Source: Balanoglossus misakiensis
Lineage: Eukaryota > Animalia > Hemichordata
DNA length: 64,000 nucleotides
Assembly (NCBI GenBank): GCA_040954595.2
Contig: CM082597.2
Coordinates: forward strand, 8,897,778-8,961,777
Direction: 5' to 3'
Shown here: piece after piece, positions 1 through 14,552 of the stretch
Layout: every line of letters starts with the position of its first letter
How positions within the stretch are numbered: position 1 is the stretch's first letter
The notes under the pieces: model-generated
Databases searched by the model: none
What the model saw: the letters and a program-made list of their open reading frames with translations, nothing else
Told to the model about the DNA's origin: nothing
Made by a program: the position numbers and the translations under genes

Positions 1-3000
1 CAAAATCAATGGGCAGCATACTGTCCACTATGGCCTGGTTACTGTGTGCTCTGGTTAATGTTGACGCAAAGGTTGACCCCACCAAACACTCAAAATTAAT
101 GGGCAGAACACTGTCCACTATGGCCTGGTTACTGTGTGCTCTGGTTAATGTTGACGCAAAGGTTGACCCCACCAAACACTCAAAATTAATGGGCAGCACA
201 CTGTCCACTATGGCCTGGTTACTGTGTGCTCTGGTTAATGTTGACGCAAAGGTTGACCCCACCAAACACTCAAAATTAATGGGCAGAACACTGTCCACTA
301 CGGCCTGGTTACTGTGTGCTCTGGTCTATGTTGACGCAAAGGTTGACCCCACCAAACACTCAAAATTAATGGGCAGAACACTGTCCACTATGGCCTGGTT
401 ACTGTGTGCTCTTGTTAATGTTGACGCAAAGGTTGACCCCACCAAACACTCAAAATTAATGGGCAGGATACTGGCCACTCTGGCCTAGTTAATGTTAACG
501 CAAAGGTTGACCCCCACCAAACACTCAAAATTAATGGGCAGAACACTGTCCACTATGGCCTGGTTACTGTGTGCTCTGGTTAATGTTGACGCAAAGGTTG
601 ACCCCACCAAACACTCAAAATTAATGGGCAGGATACTGGCCACTCTGGCCTAGTTAATGTTAACGCAAAGGTTGACCCCACCAAACACTCAAAATTAATG
701 GGCAGAACACTGTCCACTATGGCCTGGTTACTGTGTGCTCTGGTTAATGTTGACGCAAAGGTTGACCCCACCAAACACTCAAAATTAATGGGCAGAACAC
801 TGTCCACTATGGCCTGGTTACTGTGTGCTCTGGTTAATGTTGACGCAAAGGTTGACCCCACCAAACACTCAAAATTAATGGGCAGCACACTGTCCACTAT
901 GGCCTGGTTACTGTGTGCTCTGGTTAATGTTGACGCAAAGGTTGACCCCACCAAACACTCAAAATTAATGGGCAGAACACTGTCCACTACGGCCTGGTTA
1001 CTGTGTGCTCTGGTTAATGTTGACGCAAAGGTTGACCCCCACCAAACACTCAAAATTAATGGGCACGATACTGGCCACTCTGGCCTAGTTAATGTTGACG
1101 CAAAGGTTGACCCAACCAAACACTCAAAATTAATGGGCACGATACTGGCCACTCTGGCCTAGTTAATGTTGACGCAAAGGTTGACCCCACCAAACACTCA
1201 AAATTAATGGGCACGATACTGGCCACTCTGGCCTAGTTAATGTTGACGCAAAGGTTGACCCCACCAAACACTCAAAATTAATGGGCACGATACTGGCCAC
1301 TCTGGCCTAGTTAATGTTGACGCAAAGGTTGACCCCACCAAACACTCAAAATTAATGGGCAGAACACTGTCCACTACGGCCTGGTTACTGTGTGCTCTGG
1401 TTAATGTTGACGCAAAGGTTGACCCCACCAAACACTCAAAATTAATGGGCAGAACACTGTCCACCTTGGCCTGGTTACTGTGTGCTCTGGTTAATGTTGA
1501 TGCAAAGGTTGACCCCACCAAACACTCAAAATTAATGGGCAGGATACTAGCCACTCTGGCCTAGTTAATGTTGACGCAAAGGTTGACCCCCACCAAACAC
1601 TCAAAATTAATGGGCACGATACTGGCCACTCTGGCCTAGTTAATGTTGACGCAAAGGTTGACCCCCACCAAACACTCAAAATTAATGGGCACGATACTGG
1701 CCACTCTGGCCTAGTTAATGTTGACGCAAAGGTTGACCCCACCAAACACTCAAAATTAATGGGCAGCACACTGTCCACTACGGACTGGTTACTGTGTGCT
1801 CTGGTTAATGTTGACGCAAAGGTTGACCCCATCAAACACTCAAAATTAATGGGCAGAACACTGTCCACTATGGCCTGGTTACTGTGTGCTCTGGTTAATG
1901 TTGACGCAAAGGTCGACCCCACCAAACACTCAAAATTAATGGGCAGAACACTGTCCACTACGGCCTGGTTATTGTGTGCTCTGGTTAATGTTGACGCAAA
2001 GGTTGACGCCACCAAACACTCAAAATCAATGGGCAGCATACTGTCCACTATGGCCTGGTTACTGTGTGCTCTGGTTAATGTTGACGCAAAGGTTGACCCC
2101 ACCAAACACTCAAAATTAATGGGCAGAACACTGTCCACTATGGCCTGGTTACTGTGTGCTCTGGTTAATGTTGACGCAAAGGTTGACCCCACCAAACACT
2201 CAAAATTAATGGGCAGCACACTGTCCACTATGGCCTGGTTACTGTGTGCTCTGGTTAATGTTGACGCAAAGGTTGACCCCACCAAACACTCAAAATTAAT
2301 GGGCAGAACACTGTCCACTACGGCCTGGTTACTGTGTGCTCTGGTCTATGTTGACGCAAAGGTTGACCCCACCAAACACTCAAAATTAATGGGCAGAACA
2401 CTGTCCACTACGGCCTGGTTACTGTGTGCTCTGGTTAATGTTGACGCAAAGGTTGACCCCACCAAACACTCAAAATTAATGGGCAGAACACTGTCCACTA
2501 CGGCCTGGTTACTGTGTGCTCTGGTTAATGTTGACGCAAAGGTTGACCCCACCAAACACTCAAAATTAATGGGCAGAACACTGTCCACTACGGCCTGGTT
2601 ACTGTGTGCTCTGGTTAATGTTGACGCAAAGGTTGACCCCACCAAACACTCAAAATTAATGGGCAGAACACTGTCCACTATGGCCTGGTTACTGTGTGCT
2701 CTGGTTAATGTTGACGCAAAGGTTGACCCCACCAAACACTCAAAATTAATGGGCAGCACACTGTCCACTATGGCCTGGTTACTGTGTGCTCTGGTTAATG
2801 TTGACGCAAAGGTTGACCCCACCAAACACTCAAAATTAATGGGCAGAACACTGTCCACTACGGCCTGGTTACTGTGTGCTCTGGTTAATGTTGACGCAAA
2901 GGTTGACCCCCACCAAACACTCAAAATTAATGGGCACGATACTGGCCACTCTGGCCTAGTTAATGTTGACGCAAAGGTTGACCCCACCAAACACTCAAAA

Positions 3001-6000
3001 TTAATGGGCACGATACTGGCCACTCTGGCCTAGTTAATGTTGACGCAAAGGTTGACCCCACCAAACACTCAAAATTAATGGGCAGAACACTGTCCACTAC
3101 GGCCTGGTTACTGTGTGCTCTGGTTAATGTTGACGCAAAGGTTGACCCCACCAAACACTCAAAATTAATGGGCAGAACACTGTCCACCTTGGCCTGGTTA
3201 CTGTGTGCTCTGGTTAATGTTGATGCAAAGGTTGACCCCACCAAACACTCAAAATTAATGGGCAGGATACTAGCCACTCTGGCCTAGTTAATGTTGACGC
3301 AAAGGTTGACCCCCACCAAACACTCAAAATTAATGGGCACGATACTGGCCACTCTGGCCTAGTTAATGTTGACGCAAAGGTTGACCCCCACCAAACACTC
3401 AAAATTAATGGGCACGATACTGGCCACTCTGGCCTAGTTAATGTTGACGCAAAGGTTGACCCCACCAAACACTCAAAATTAATGGGCAGCACACTGTCCA
3501 CTACGGACTGGTTACTGTGTGCTCTGGTTAATGTTGACGCAAAGGTTGACCCCACCAAACACTCAAAATTAATGGGCAGAACACTGTCCACTATGGCCTG
3601 GTTACTGTGTGCTCTGGTTAATGTTGACGCAAAGGTCGACCCCACCAAACACTCAAAATTAATGGGCAGAACACTGTCCACTACGGCCTGGTTATTGTGT
3701 GCTCTGGTTAATGTTGACGCAAAGGTTGACGCCACCAAACACTCAAAATCAATGGGCAGCATACTGTCCACTATGGCCTGGTTACTGTGTGCTCTGGTTA
3801 ATGTTGACGCAAAGGTTGACCCCACCAAACACTCAAAATTAATGGGCAGAACACTGTCCACTATGGCCTGGTTACTGTGTGCTCTGGTTAATGTTGACGC
3901 AAAGGTTGACCCCACCAAACACTCAAAATTAATGGGCAGCACACTGTCCACTATGGCCTGGTTACTGTGTGCTCTGGTTAATGTTGACGCAAAGGTTGAC
4001 CCCACCAAACACTCAAAATTAATGGGCAGAACACTGTCCACTACGGCCTGGTTACTGTGTGCTCTGGTCTATGTTGACGCAAAGGTTGACCCCACCAAAC
4101 ACTCAAAATTAATGGGCAGAACACTGTCCACTATGGCCTGGTTACTGTGTGCTCTGGTTAATGTTGACGCAAAGGTTGACCCCACCAAACACTCAAAATT
4201 AATGGGCAGAACACTGTCCACTACGGCCTGGTTACTGTGTGCTCTGGTTAATGTTGACGCAAAGGTTGACCCCACCAAACACTCAAAATTAATGGGCAGA
4301 ACACTGTCCACTACGGCCTGGTTACTGTGTGCTCTGGTTAATGTTGACGCAAAGGTTGACCCCACCAAACACTCAAAATTAATGGGCAGAACACTGTCCA
4401 CTATGGCCTGGTTACTGTGTGCTCTGGTTAATGTTGACGCATAGGTTGACCCCACCAAACACTCAAAATTAATGGGCAGCACACTGTCCACTATGGCCTG
4501 GTTACTGTGTGCTCTGGTTAATGTTGACGCAAAGGTTGACCCCACCAAACACTCAAAATTAATGGGCAGAACACTGTCCACTACGGCCTGGTTACTGTGT
4601 GCTCTGGTTAATGTTGACGCAAAGGTTGACCCCCACCAAACACTCAAAATTAATGGGCACGATACTGGCCACTCTGGCCTAGTTAATGTTGACGCAAAGG
4701 TTGACCCCACCAAACACTCAAAATTAATGGGCACGATACTGGCCACTCTGGCCTAGTTAATGTTGACGCAAAGGTTGACCCCACCAAACACTCAAAATTA
4801 ATGGGCACGATACTGGCCACTCTGGCCTAGTTAATGTTGACGCAAAGGTTGACCCCACCAAACACTCAAAATTAATGGGCACGATACTGGCCACTCTGGC
4901 CTAGTTAATGTTGACGCAAAGGTTGACCCCACCAAACACTCAAAATTAATGGGCAGAACACTGTCCACTATGGCCTGGTTACTGTGTGCTCTGGTTAATG
5001 TTGACGCAAAGGTTGACCCCACCAAACACTCAAAATTAATGGGCAGCACACTGTCCACTATGGCCTGGTTACTGTGTGCTCTGGTTAATGTTGACGCAAA
5101 GGTTGACCCCACCAAACACTCAAAATTAATGGGCAGAACACTGTCCACTACGGCCTGGTTACTGTGTGCTCTGGTTAATGTTGACGCAAAGGTTGACCCC
5201 CACCAAACACTCAAAATTAATGGGCACGATACTGGCCACTCTGGCCTAGTTAATGTTGACGCAAAGGTTGACCCCACCAAACACTCAAAATTAATGGGCA
5301 CGATACTGGCCACTCTGGCCTAGTTAATGTTGACGCAAAGGTTGACCCCACCAAACACTCAAAATTAATGGGCACGATACTGGCCACTCTGGCCTAGTTA
5401 ATGTTGACGCAAAGGTTGACCCCACCAAACACTCAAAATTAATGGGCACGATACTGGCCACTCTGGCCTAGTTAATGTTGACGCAAAGGTCGACCCCACC
5501 AAACACTCAAAATTAATGGGCAGAACACTGTCCACTACGGCCTGGTTACTGTGTGCTCTGGTTAATGTTGACGCAAAGGTTGACCCCACCAAACACTCAA
5601 AATTAATGGGCAGAACACTGTCCACTATGGCCTGGTTACTGTGTGCTCTGGTTAATGTTGACGCAAAGGTTGACCCCACCAAACACTCAAAATTAATGGG
5701 CAGAACACTGTCCACTACGGCCTGGTTACTGTGTGCTCTGATTAATGTTGATGCAAAGGTTGACCCCACCAAACACTCAAAATTAATGGGCAGAACACTG
5801 TCCACTATGGCCTGGTTACTCTGTGCTCTGGTTAATGTTGACGCAAAGGTTGACCCCACCAAACACTCAAAATTAATGGGCAGCACACTGTCCACTATGG
5901 CCTGGTTACTGTGTGCTCTGGTTAATGTTGACGCAAAGGTTGACCCCACCAAACACTCAAAATTAATGGGCAGAACACTGTCCACTACGGCCTGGTTACT

Positions 6001-9000
6001 GTGTGCTCTGGTTAATGTTGACGCAAAGGTTGACCCCACCAAACACTCAAAATTAATGGGCAGAACACTGTCCACTACGGCCTGGTTACTGTGTGCTCTG
6101 GTTAATGTTGACGCAAAGGTTGACCCTACCAAACACTCAAAATTAATGGGCAGAACACTGTCCACTACGGCCTGGTTACTGTGTGCTCTGGTTAATGTTG
6201 ACGCAAAGGTTGACCCCACCAAACACTCAAAATTAATGGGCAGAACACTGTCCACTACGGCCTGGTTACTGTGTGCTCTGGTTAATGTTGACGCAAAGGT
6301 TGACCCCACCAAACACTCAAAATTAATGGGCAGAACACTGTCCACTATGGCCTGGTTACTGTGTGCTCTGGTTAATGTTGACGCAAAGGTTGACCCCACC
6401 AAACACTCAAAATTAATGGGCAGAACACTGTCCACTACGGCCTGGTTACTGTGTGCTCTGGTTAATGTTGACGCAAAGGTTGACCCCACCAAACACTCAA
6501 AATTAATGGGCAGAACACTGTCCACTACGGCCTGGTTACTGTGTGCTCTGGTTAATGTTGACGCAAAGGTTGACCCCACCAAACACTCAAAATTAATGGG
6601 CAGAACACTGTCCACTATGGCCTGGTTCCTGTGTGCTCTGGTTAATGTTGACGCAAAGGTTGACCCCACCAAACACTCAAAATTAATGGGCAGCACACTG
6701 TCCACTACGGCCTGGTTACTGTGTGCTCTGGTTAATGTTGACGCAAAGGTTGACCCCACCAAACACTCAAAATTAATGGGCAGAACACTGTCCACTACGG
6801 CCTGGTTACTGTGTGCTCTGGTTAATGTTGACGCAAAGGTTGACCCCCACCAAACACTCAAAATTAATGGGCACGATACTGGCCACTCTGGCCTAGTTAA
6901 TGTTGACGCAAAGGTTGACCCCACCAAACACTCAAAATTAATGGGCACGATACTGGCCACTCTGGCCTAGTTAATGTTGACGCAAAGGTTGACCCCACCA
7001 AACACTCAAAATTAATGGGCACGATACTGGCCACTCTGGCCTAGTTAATGTTGACGCAAAGGTTGACCCCACCAAACACTCAAAATTAATGGGCACGATA
7101 CTGGCCACTCTGGCCTAGTTAATGTTGACGCAAAGGTTGACCCCACCAAACACTCAAAATTAATGGGCAGAACACTGTCCACTACGGCCTGGTTACTGTG
7201 TGCTCTGGTTAATGTTGACGCAAAGGTTGACCCCACCAAACACTCAAAATTAATGGGCAGAACACTGTCCACTATGGCCTGGTTACTGTGTGCTCTGGTT
7301 AATGTTGACGCAAAGGTTGACCCCACCAAACACTCAAAATTAATGGGCAGAACACTGTCCACTACGGCCTGGTTACTGTGTGCTCTGATTAATGTTGACG
7401 CAAAGGTTGACCCCACCAAACACTCAAAATTAATGGGCAGAACACTGTCCACTATGGCCTGGTTACTCTGTGCTCTGGTTAATGTTGACGCAAAGGTTGA
7501 CCCCACCAAACACTCAAAATTAATGGGCAGCACACTGTCCACTATGGCCTGGTTACTGTGTGCTCTGGTTAATGTTGACGCAAAGGTTGACACCACCAAA
7601 CACTCAAAATTAATGGGCAGAACACTGTCCACTACGGCCTGGTTACTGTGTGCTCTGGTTAATGTTGACGCAAAGGTTGACCCCACCAAACACTCAAAAT
7701 TAATGGGCAGAACACTGTCCACTACGGCCTGGTTACTGTGTGCTCTGGTTAATGTTGACGCAAAGGTTGACCCCACCAAACACTCAAAATTAATGGGCAG
7801 AACACTGTCCACTACGGCCTGGTTACTGTGTGCTCTGGTTAATGTTGACGCAAAGGTTGACCCCACCAAACACTCAAAATTAATGGGCAGCACACTGTCC
7901 ACTACGGCCTGGTTACTGTGTGCTCTGGTTAATGTTGACGCAAAGGTTGACCCCACCAAACACTCAAAATTAATGGGCAGAACACTGTCCACTACGGCCT
8001 GGTTACTGTGTGCTCTGGTTAATGTTGACGCAAAGGTTGACCCCACCAAACACTCAAAATTAATGGGCAGAACACTGTCCACTACGGCCTGGTTACTGTG
8101 TGCTCTGGTTGATGTTGACGCAAAGGTTGACCCCACCAAACACTCAAAATTAATGGGCAGAACACTGTCCACTACGGCCTGGTTACTGTGTGCTCTGGTT
8201 AATGTTGACGCAAAGGTTGACCCCACCAAACACTCAAAATTAATGGGCAGAACACTGTCCACTACGGCCTGGTTACTGTGTGCTCTGGTTAATGTTGACG
8301 CAAAGGTTGACCCCACCAAACACTCAAAATTAATGGGCAGAACACTGTCCACTACGGCCTGGTTACTGTGTGCTCTGGTTAATGTTGACGCAAAGGTTGA
8401 CCCCACCAAACACTCAAAATTAATGGGCAGAACACTGTCCACTACGGCCTGGTTACTGTGTGCTCTGGTTAATGTTGACGCAAAGGTTGACCCCACCAAA
8501 CACTCAAAATTAATGGGCAGAACACTGTCCACTACGGCCTGGTTACTGTGTGCTCTGGTTAATGTTGACGCAAAGGTTGACCCCACCAAACACTCAAAAT
8601 TAATGGCCAGAACACTGTCCACTACGGCCTGGTTACTGTGTGCTCTGGTTAATGTTGACGCAAAGGTTGACCCCACCAAACACTCAAAATTAATGGGCAG
8701 CACACTGTCCACTACGGCCTGGTTACTGTGTGCTCTGGTTAATGTTGACGCAAAGGTTGACCCCACCAAACACTCAAAATTAATGGGCAGCACACTGTCC
8801 ACTATGGCCTGGTTACTGTGTGCTCTGGTTAATGTTGACGCAAAGGTTGACCCCACCAAACACTCAAAATTAATGGGCAGAACACTGTCCACTACGGCCT
8901 GGTTACTGTGTGCTCTGGTTAATGTTGACGCAAAGGTTGACCCCACCAAACACTCAAAATTAATGGGCAGAACACTGTCCACTACGGCCTGGTTACTGTG

Positions 9001-12000
9001 TGCTCTGGTTAATGTTGACGCAAAGGTTGACCCCACCAAACACTCAAAATTAATGGGCAGAACACTGTCCACTACGGCCTGGTTACTGTGTGCTCTGGTT
9101 AATGTTGACGCAAAGGTTGACCCCACCAAACACTCAAAATTAATGGGCAGAACACTGTCCACTACGGCCTGGTTACTGTGTGCTCTGGTTAATGTTGACG
9201 CAAAGGTTGACCCCACCAAACACTCAAAATTAATGGGCAGAACACTGTCCACTACGGCCTGGTTACTGTGTGCTCTGGTTAATGTTGACGCAAAGGTTGA
9301 CCCCACCAAACACTCAAAATTAATGGGCAGAACACTGTCCACTACGGCCTGGTTACTGTGTGCTCTGGTTAATGTTGACGCAAAGGTTGACCCCACCAAA
9401 CACTCAAAATTAATGGGCAGCACACTGTCCACTACGGCCTGGTTACTGTGTGCTCTGGTTAATGTTGACGCAAAGGTTGACCCCACCAAACACTCAAAAT
9501 TAATGGGCAGCACACTGTCCACTATGGCCTGGTTACTGTGTGCTCTGGTTAATGTTGACGCAAAGGTTGACCCCACCAAACACTCAAAATTAATGGGCAG
9601 AACACTGTCCACTACGGCCTGGTTACTGTGTGCTCTGGTTAATGTTGACGCAAAGGTTGACCCCACCAAACACTCAAAATTAATGGGCAGAACACTGTCC
9701 ACTACGGCCTGGTTACTGTGTGCTCTGGTTAATGTTGACGCAAAGGTTGACCCCACCAAACACTCAAAATTAATGGGCAGAACACTGTCCACTACGGCCT
9801 GGTTACTGTGTGCTCTGGTTAATGTTGACGCAAAGGTTGACCCCACCAAACACTCAAAATTAATGGGCAGAACACTGTCCACTACGGCCTGGTTACTGTG
9901 TGCTCTGGTTAATGTTGACGCAAAGGTTGACCCCACCAAACACTCAAAATTAATGGGCAGAACACTGTCCACTATGGCCTGGTTACTGTGTGCTCTGGTT
10001 AATGTTGACGCAAAGGTTGACCCCACCAAACACTCAAAATTAATGGGCAGAACACTGTCCACTATGGCCTGGTTACTGTGTGCTCTGGTTAATGTTGACG
10101 CAAAGGTTGACCCCACCAAACACTCAAAATTAATGGGCAGCACACTGTCCACTATGGCCTGGTTACTGTGTGCTCTGGTTAATGTTGACGCAAAGGTTGA
10201 CCCCACCAAACACTCAAAATTAATGGGCAGAACACTGTCCACTACGGCCTGGTTACTGTGTGCTCTGGTTAATGTTGACGCAAAGGTTGACCCCCACCAA
10301 ACACTCAAAATTAATGGGCACGATACTGGCCACTCTGGCCTAGTTAATGTTGACGCAAAGGTTGACCCCACCAAACACTCAAAATTAATGGGCACGATAC
10401 TGGCCACTGTGGCCTAGTTAATGTTGACGCAAAGGTTGACCCCACCAAACCCTCAAAATTAATGGGCAGAACACTGTCCACTACGGCCTGGTTACTGTGT
10501 GCTCTGGTTAATGTTGACGCAAAGGTTGACCCCAACAAACACTCAAAATTAATGGGCAGAACACTGTCCACTACGGCCTGGTTACTGTGTGCTCTGGTTA
10601 ATGTTGACGCAAAGGTTGACCCCACCAAACACTCAAAATTAATGGGCAGAACACTGTCCACTACGGCCTGGTTACTGTGTGCTCTGGTTAATGTTGACGC
10701 AAAGGTTGACCCCACCAAACACTCAAAATTAATGGGCAGCACACTGTCCACTATGGCCTGGTTACTGTGTGCTCTGGTTAATGTTGACGCAAAGGTTGAC
10801 CCCACCAAACACTCAAAATTAATGGGCAGAACACTGTCCACTACAGCCTGGTTACTGTGTGCTCTGGTTAATGTTGACGCAAAGGTTGACCCCCACCAAA
10901 CACTCAAAATTAATGGGCACGATACTGGCCACTCTGGCCTGGTTACTGTGTGCTCTGGTTAATGTTGACGCAAAGGTTGACCCCACCAAACACTCAAAAT
11001 TAATGGGCAGAACACTGTCCACTACGGCCTGGTTACTGTGTGCTCTGGTTAATGTTGACGCAAAGGTTGACCCCACCAAACACTCAAAATTAATGGGCAG
11101 AACACTGTCCACTACGGCCTGGTTACTGTGTGCTCTGGTTAATGTTGACGCAAAGGTTGACCCCACCAAACACTCAAAATTAATGGGCAGAACACTGTCC
11201 ACTATGGCCTGGTTACTGTGTGCTCTGGTTAATGTTGACGCAAAGGTTGACCCCACCAAACACTCAAAATTAATGGGCAGAACACTGTCCACTACGGCCT
11301 GGTTACTGTGTGCTCTGGTTAATGTTGACGCAAAGGTTGACCCCACCAAACACTCAAAATTAATGGGCAGCACACTGTCCACTATGGCCTGGTTACTGTG
11401 TGCTCTGGTTAATGTTGACGCAAAGGTTGACCCCACCAAACACTCAAAATTAATGGGCAGAACATTGTCCACTACGGCCTGGTTACTGTGTGCTCTGGTT
11501 AATGTTGACGCAAAGGTTGACCCCACCAAACACTCAAAATTAATGGGCAGAACACTGTCCACTACGGCCTGGTTACTGTGTGCTCTGGTTAATGTTGACG
11601 CAAAGGTTGACCCCACCAAACACTCAAAATTAATGGGCAGAACACTGTCCACTACGGCCTGGTTACTGTGTGCTCTGGTTAATGTTGACACAAAGGTTGA
11701 CCCCACCAAACACTCAAAATTAATGGGCAGAACACTGTCCACTATGGCCTGGTTACTGTGTGCTCTGGTTAATGTTGACGCAAAGGTTGACCCCACCAAA
11801 CACTCAAAATTAATGGGCAGCACACTGTCCACTATGGCCTGGTTACTGTGTGCTCTGGTTAATGTTGACGCAAAGGTTGACCCCACCAAACACTCAAAAT
11901 TAATGGGCAGAACACTGTCCACTACGGCCTGGTTACTGTGTGCTCTGGTTAATGTTGACGCAAAGGTTGACCCCCACCAAACACTCAAAATTAATGGGCA

Positions 12001-12796
12001 CGATACTGGCCACTCTGGCCTAGTTAATGTTGACGCAAAGGTTGACCCCACCAAACACTCAAAATTAATGGGCACGATACTGGCCACTCTGGCCTAGTTA
12101 ATGTTGACGCAAAGGTTGACCCCACCAAACACTCAAAATTAATGGGCACGATACTGGCCACTCTGGCCTAGTTAATGTTGACGCAAAGGTTGACCCCACC
12201 AAACACTCAAAATTAATGGGCACGATACTGGCCACTCTGGCCTAGTTAATGTTGACGCAAAGGTTGACCCCACCAAACACTCAAAATTAATGGGCAGAAC
12301 ACTGTCCACTACGGCCTGGTTACTGTGTGCTCTGGTTAATGTTGACGCAAAGGTTGACCCCACCAAACACTCAAAATTAATGGGCAGAACACTGTCCACT
12401 ACGGCCTGGTTACTGTGTGCTCTGGTTAATGTTGACGCAAAGGTTGACCCCACCGAACACTCAAAATTAATGGGCAGAACACTGTCCACTACGGCCTGGT
12501 TACTGTGTGCTCTGGTTAATGTTGACGCAAAGGTTGACCCCACCAAACACTCAAAATTAATGGGCAGCACACTGTCCACTATGGCCTGGTTACTGTGTGC
12601 TCTGGTTAATGTTGACGCAAAGGTTGACCCCACCAAACACTCAAAATTAATGGGCAGAACACTGTCCACTACGGCCTGGTTACTGTGTGCTCTGGTTAAT
12701 GTTGACGCAAAGGTTGACCCCCATCAAACACTCAAAATTAATGGGCACGATACTGGCCACTCTGGCCTGGTTACTGTGTGCTCTGGTTAATGTTAA
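1..12796. repeat. Satellite array: 90-bp monomer interspersed with runs of a 74/75-bp variant; runs off the left edge
   Basis: Consensus GGTTAATGTTGACGCAAAGGTTGACCCCACCAAACACTCAAAATTAATGGGCAGAACACTGTCCACTA(C/T)GGCCTGGTTACTGTGTGCTCT repeated head-to-tail. The variant ends ...GGGCACGATACTGGCCACTCTGGCCTA. Sharp end at ~12796. Confidence 0.98.
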
Positions 12797-13005
12797 TGGT
12801 AGGTTTTGTGGACTAAATGTCAATCTTTGTACTATTCGTACATGAAACTTTTCTTTCAAATACAACTTACAGACCAACATAGACAGTCATGCTTATATAA
12901 GTATGACTATCTATTAAAGTAACATTCATATCATGATTGTTGTTTTACACTGTGTTTTCAAAGTAATTGTTGCAGTAAACCAATTGCCTTGCTTGGAAAT
13001 ATTAA

Positions 13006-13112
13006 AAGGGAAGTCCTGTCCAGCTGATTTATGCATAATTTCTACACAATGTTTTTTTCTGAAAGAATGACCTCAAAGCTACCCAATTATGTAGCTGAAC
13101 CGGACTTCCCCT
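13006..13112. mobile_element. 107-bp TTAA-flanked MITE (Kolobok/T2-like)
   Basis: TTAA at 13002-13005 and 13113-13116; imperfect TIRs AAGGGAAGTCCTGTCCAGCT / AGCTGAACCGGACTTCCCCT; a related half copy lies at ~16665-16742. Confidence 0.75.
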
Positions 13113-13413
13113 TTAAATGCTACCAGTGAGCTTGTTTGTCTTTGTAAATACACTCAAGTATTAATCCCCTTTTTCTCAGAATTCAATGCATCTTCATGCC
13201 ATGAGGTGAGAGGACACTTTTGTTAGCAGGAGGGAAACAAATCCAAAATAAATAATAACAGTGCAAAGTTGGTCTGCTGACTTTCTCCACATTTCATTAT
13301 TGAATTACGGCAAAATTATGAAATCCAATTATGAAATTCAGCTTTTTGTCCACTTTTTGTTGCTGCAAATTCATTGCGGTATAAAGGTCAATAATATGAC
13401 AAATCTTGGTTAA

Positions 13414-13598
13414 AAGTATACAGTCACCTTCAATACACATTCCCATATATGGCTGAATGGCGTATTTGAGCATTCTAAAGAACATATGGTGGCGCCTGTT
13501 TTCCACGTGTGCCACCAAATGAAAATCTGTGATTGGCTAGATTTCAATTTTCCATGGTAACTATATATAGCTAATTTTCCATGGGTGATCATATACCT
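13414..13598. mobile_element. TTAA-flanked MITE
   Basis: TTAA at 13410-13413 and 13599-13602; TIRs AAGTATACAGTCACC / GGTGATCATATACCT; inverted partial copy at ~39652-39790. Confidence 0.75.
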
Positions 13599-13627
13599 TT
13601 AACTCTATAGTTTAACATGATACTTAC

Positions 13628-13813
13628 GAACACATGATTGGTTAAAAGTGTAGACATCATACATTGAGAGACCAGTTTCTCCAGGTGGCAGATAGAATCC
13701 ACCTGTGCCGTTATTTGCATATAAGAGATAGCCTTCTTCACAGGAACATTGAAAACCACCTGCAGTGTTTTTACAAAGTTGATCACAAGAATGTGAAGCA
13801 CATTCATTTATAT
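13628..13813 (-). CDS. Exon: EGF-Ca domain with Uif-type insert (DINECASHSCDQLCKNTAGGFQCSCEEGYLLYANNGTGGFYLPPGETGLSMYDVYTFNQSCV)
   Basis: tag acceptor, gtaagt donor, 186 nt, phase 1-1; not in the ORF track in this frame. Confidence 0.9.
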
Positions 13814-14334
13814 CTACAAAGAAGGAACATGGATTGGATTAAAACAATGTACGTTCAGTAAAATTGAAAGTATTGTCATTTCTTTTAATCGTGAATTTTG
13901 GGATTATCTTGTGTACGTACAAGATGAATCTGTGATAAAATAAAGGCGTCACCTTGCTTGCTTTTGAAATACAAGGCCATTAATTTAGTTGATAATAGAA
14001 GAAACCTGCTGACTCAGCATGGTTCACCAATGGTTTGTCTATGGACAAAAACCTTAAAGAAATTTATCTCAAAATAGAGCATTGTAATCACACAATTTTA
14101 TTTGACCAATGAATTTATATTTACTAGACTGAGCTATGTGTAAAATTTCGTGAAAATGACAATAGTAGAAGTTTGTTTTCTAGCAATTATCAATGTAATC
14201 CTATGAGAAAAAGACACCTGAGATTAAAAGGTCATTCCAAAAATTTATCCGGAATTCTGAAATAAGTTCGGAATGTGTTAAATGTGAAAATAGTGACTTG
14301 AAGTTATGTTGCAAGTGACTTGTTTATGTCTCAC

Positions 14335-14463
14335 CTTTGCATGCTGTTCCATTCACATCTGGTTCAAATCCCACCAAACATGCACACTGATAGTCACCAT
14401 CTCTATTTTCACAGACTTGATTGATTCCACACCGTGCCACCAATGTACTACATTCATTGATAT
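14335..14463 (-). CDS. Exon: EGF-Ca domain (DINECSTLVARCGINQVCENRDGDYQCACLVGFEPDVNGTACK)
   Basis: cag acceptor, gtgaga donor, 129 nt, phase 1-1; six-Cys EGF pattern. Confidence 0.92.
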
Positions 14464-14552
14464 CTGAAATGTTATTCATCAAGATATGATCAAAATCCCA
14501 CAGGTCCGCTGGTAAATTCAGACCAACAAGTTTAGCTGGGAACCACCAGACC

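Noticed and set aside
9-12790. Long repetitive ORFs (up to 1120 aa) as real proteins or a giant exon
   Set aside because: They arise because 90 is divisible by 3. The 74-bp units and extra-C indels break frame, I saw no splice acceptor at the array edge, and there is no recognisable domain.
1-12796. CRISPR-like array (constant part plus variable part)
   Set aside because: Only two recurring alternative segments, not unique spacers; no cas genes; eukaryotic context.
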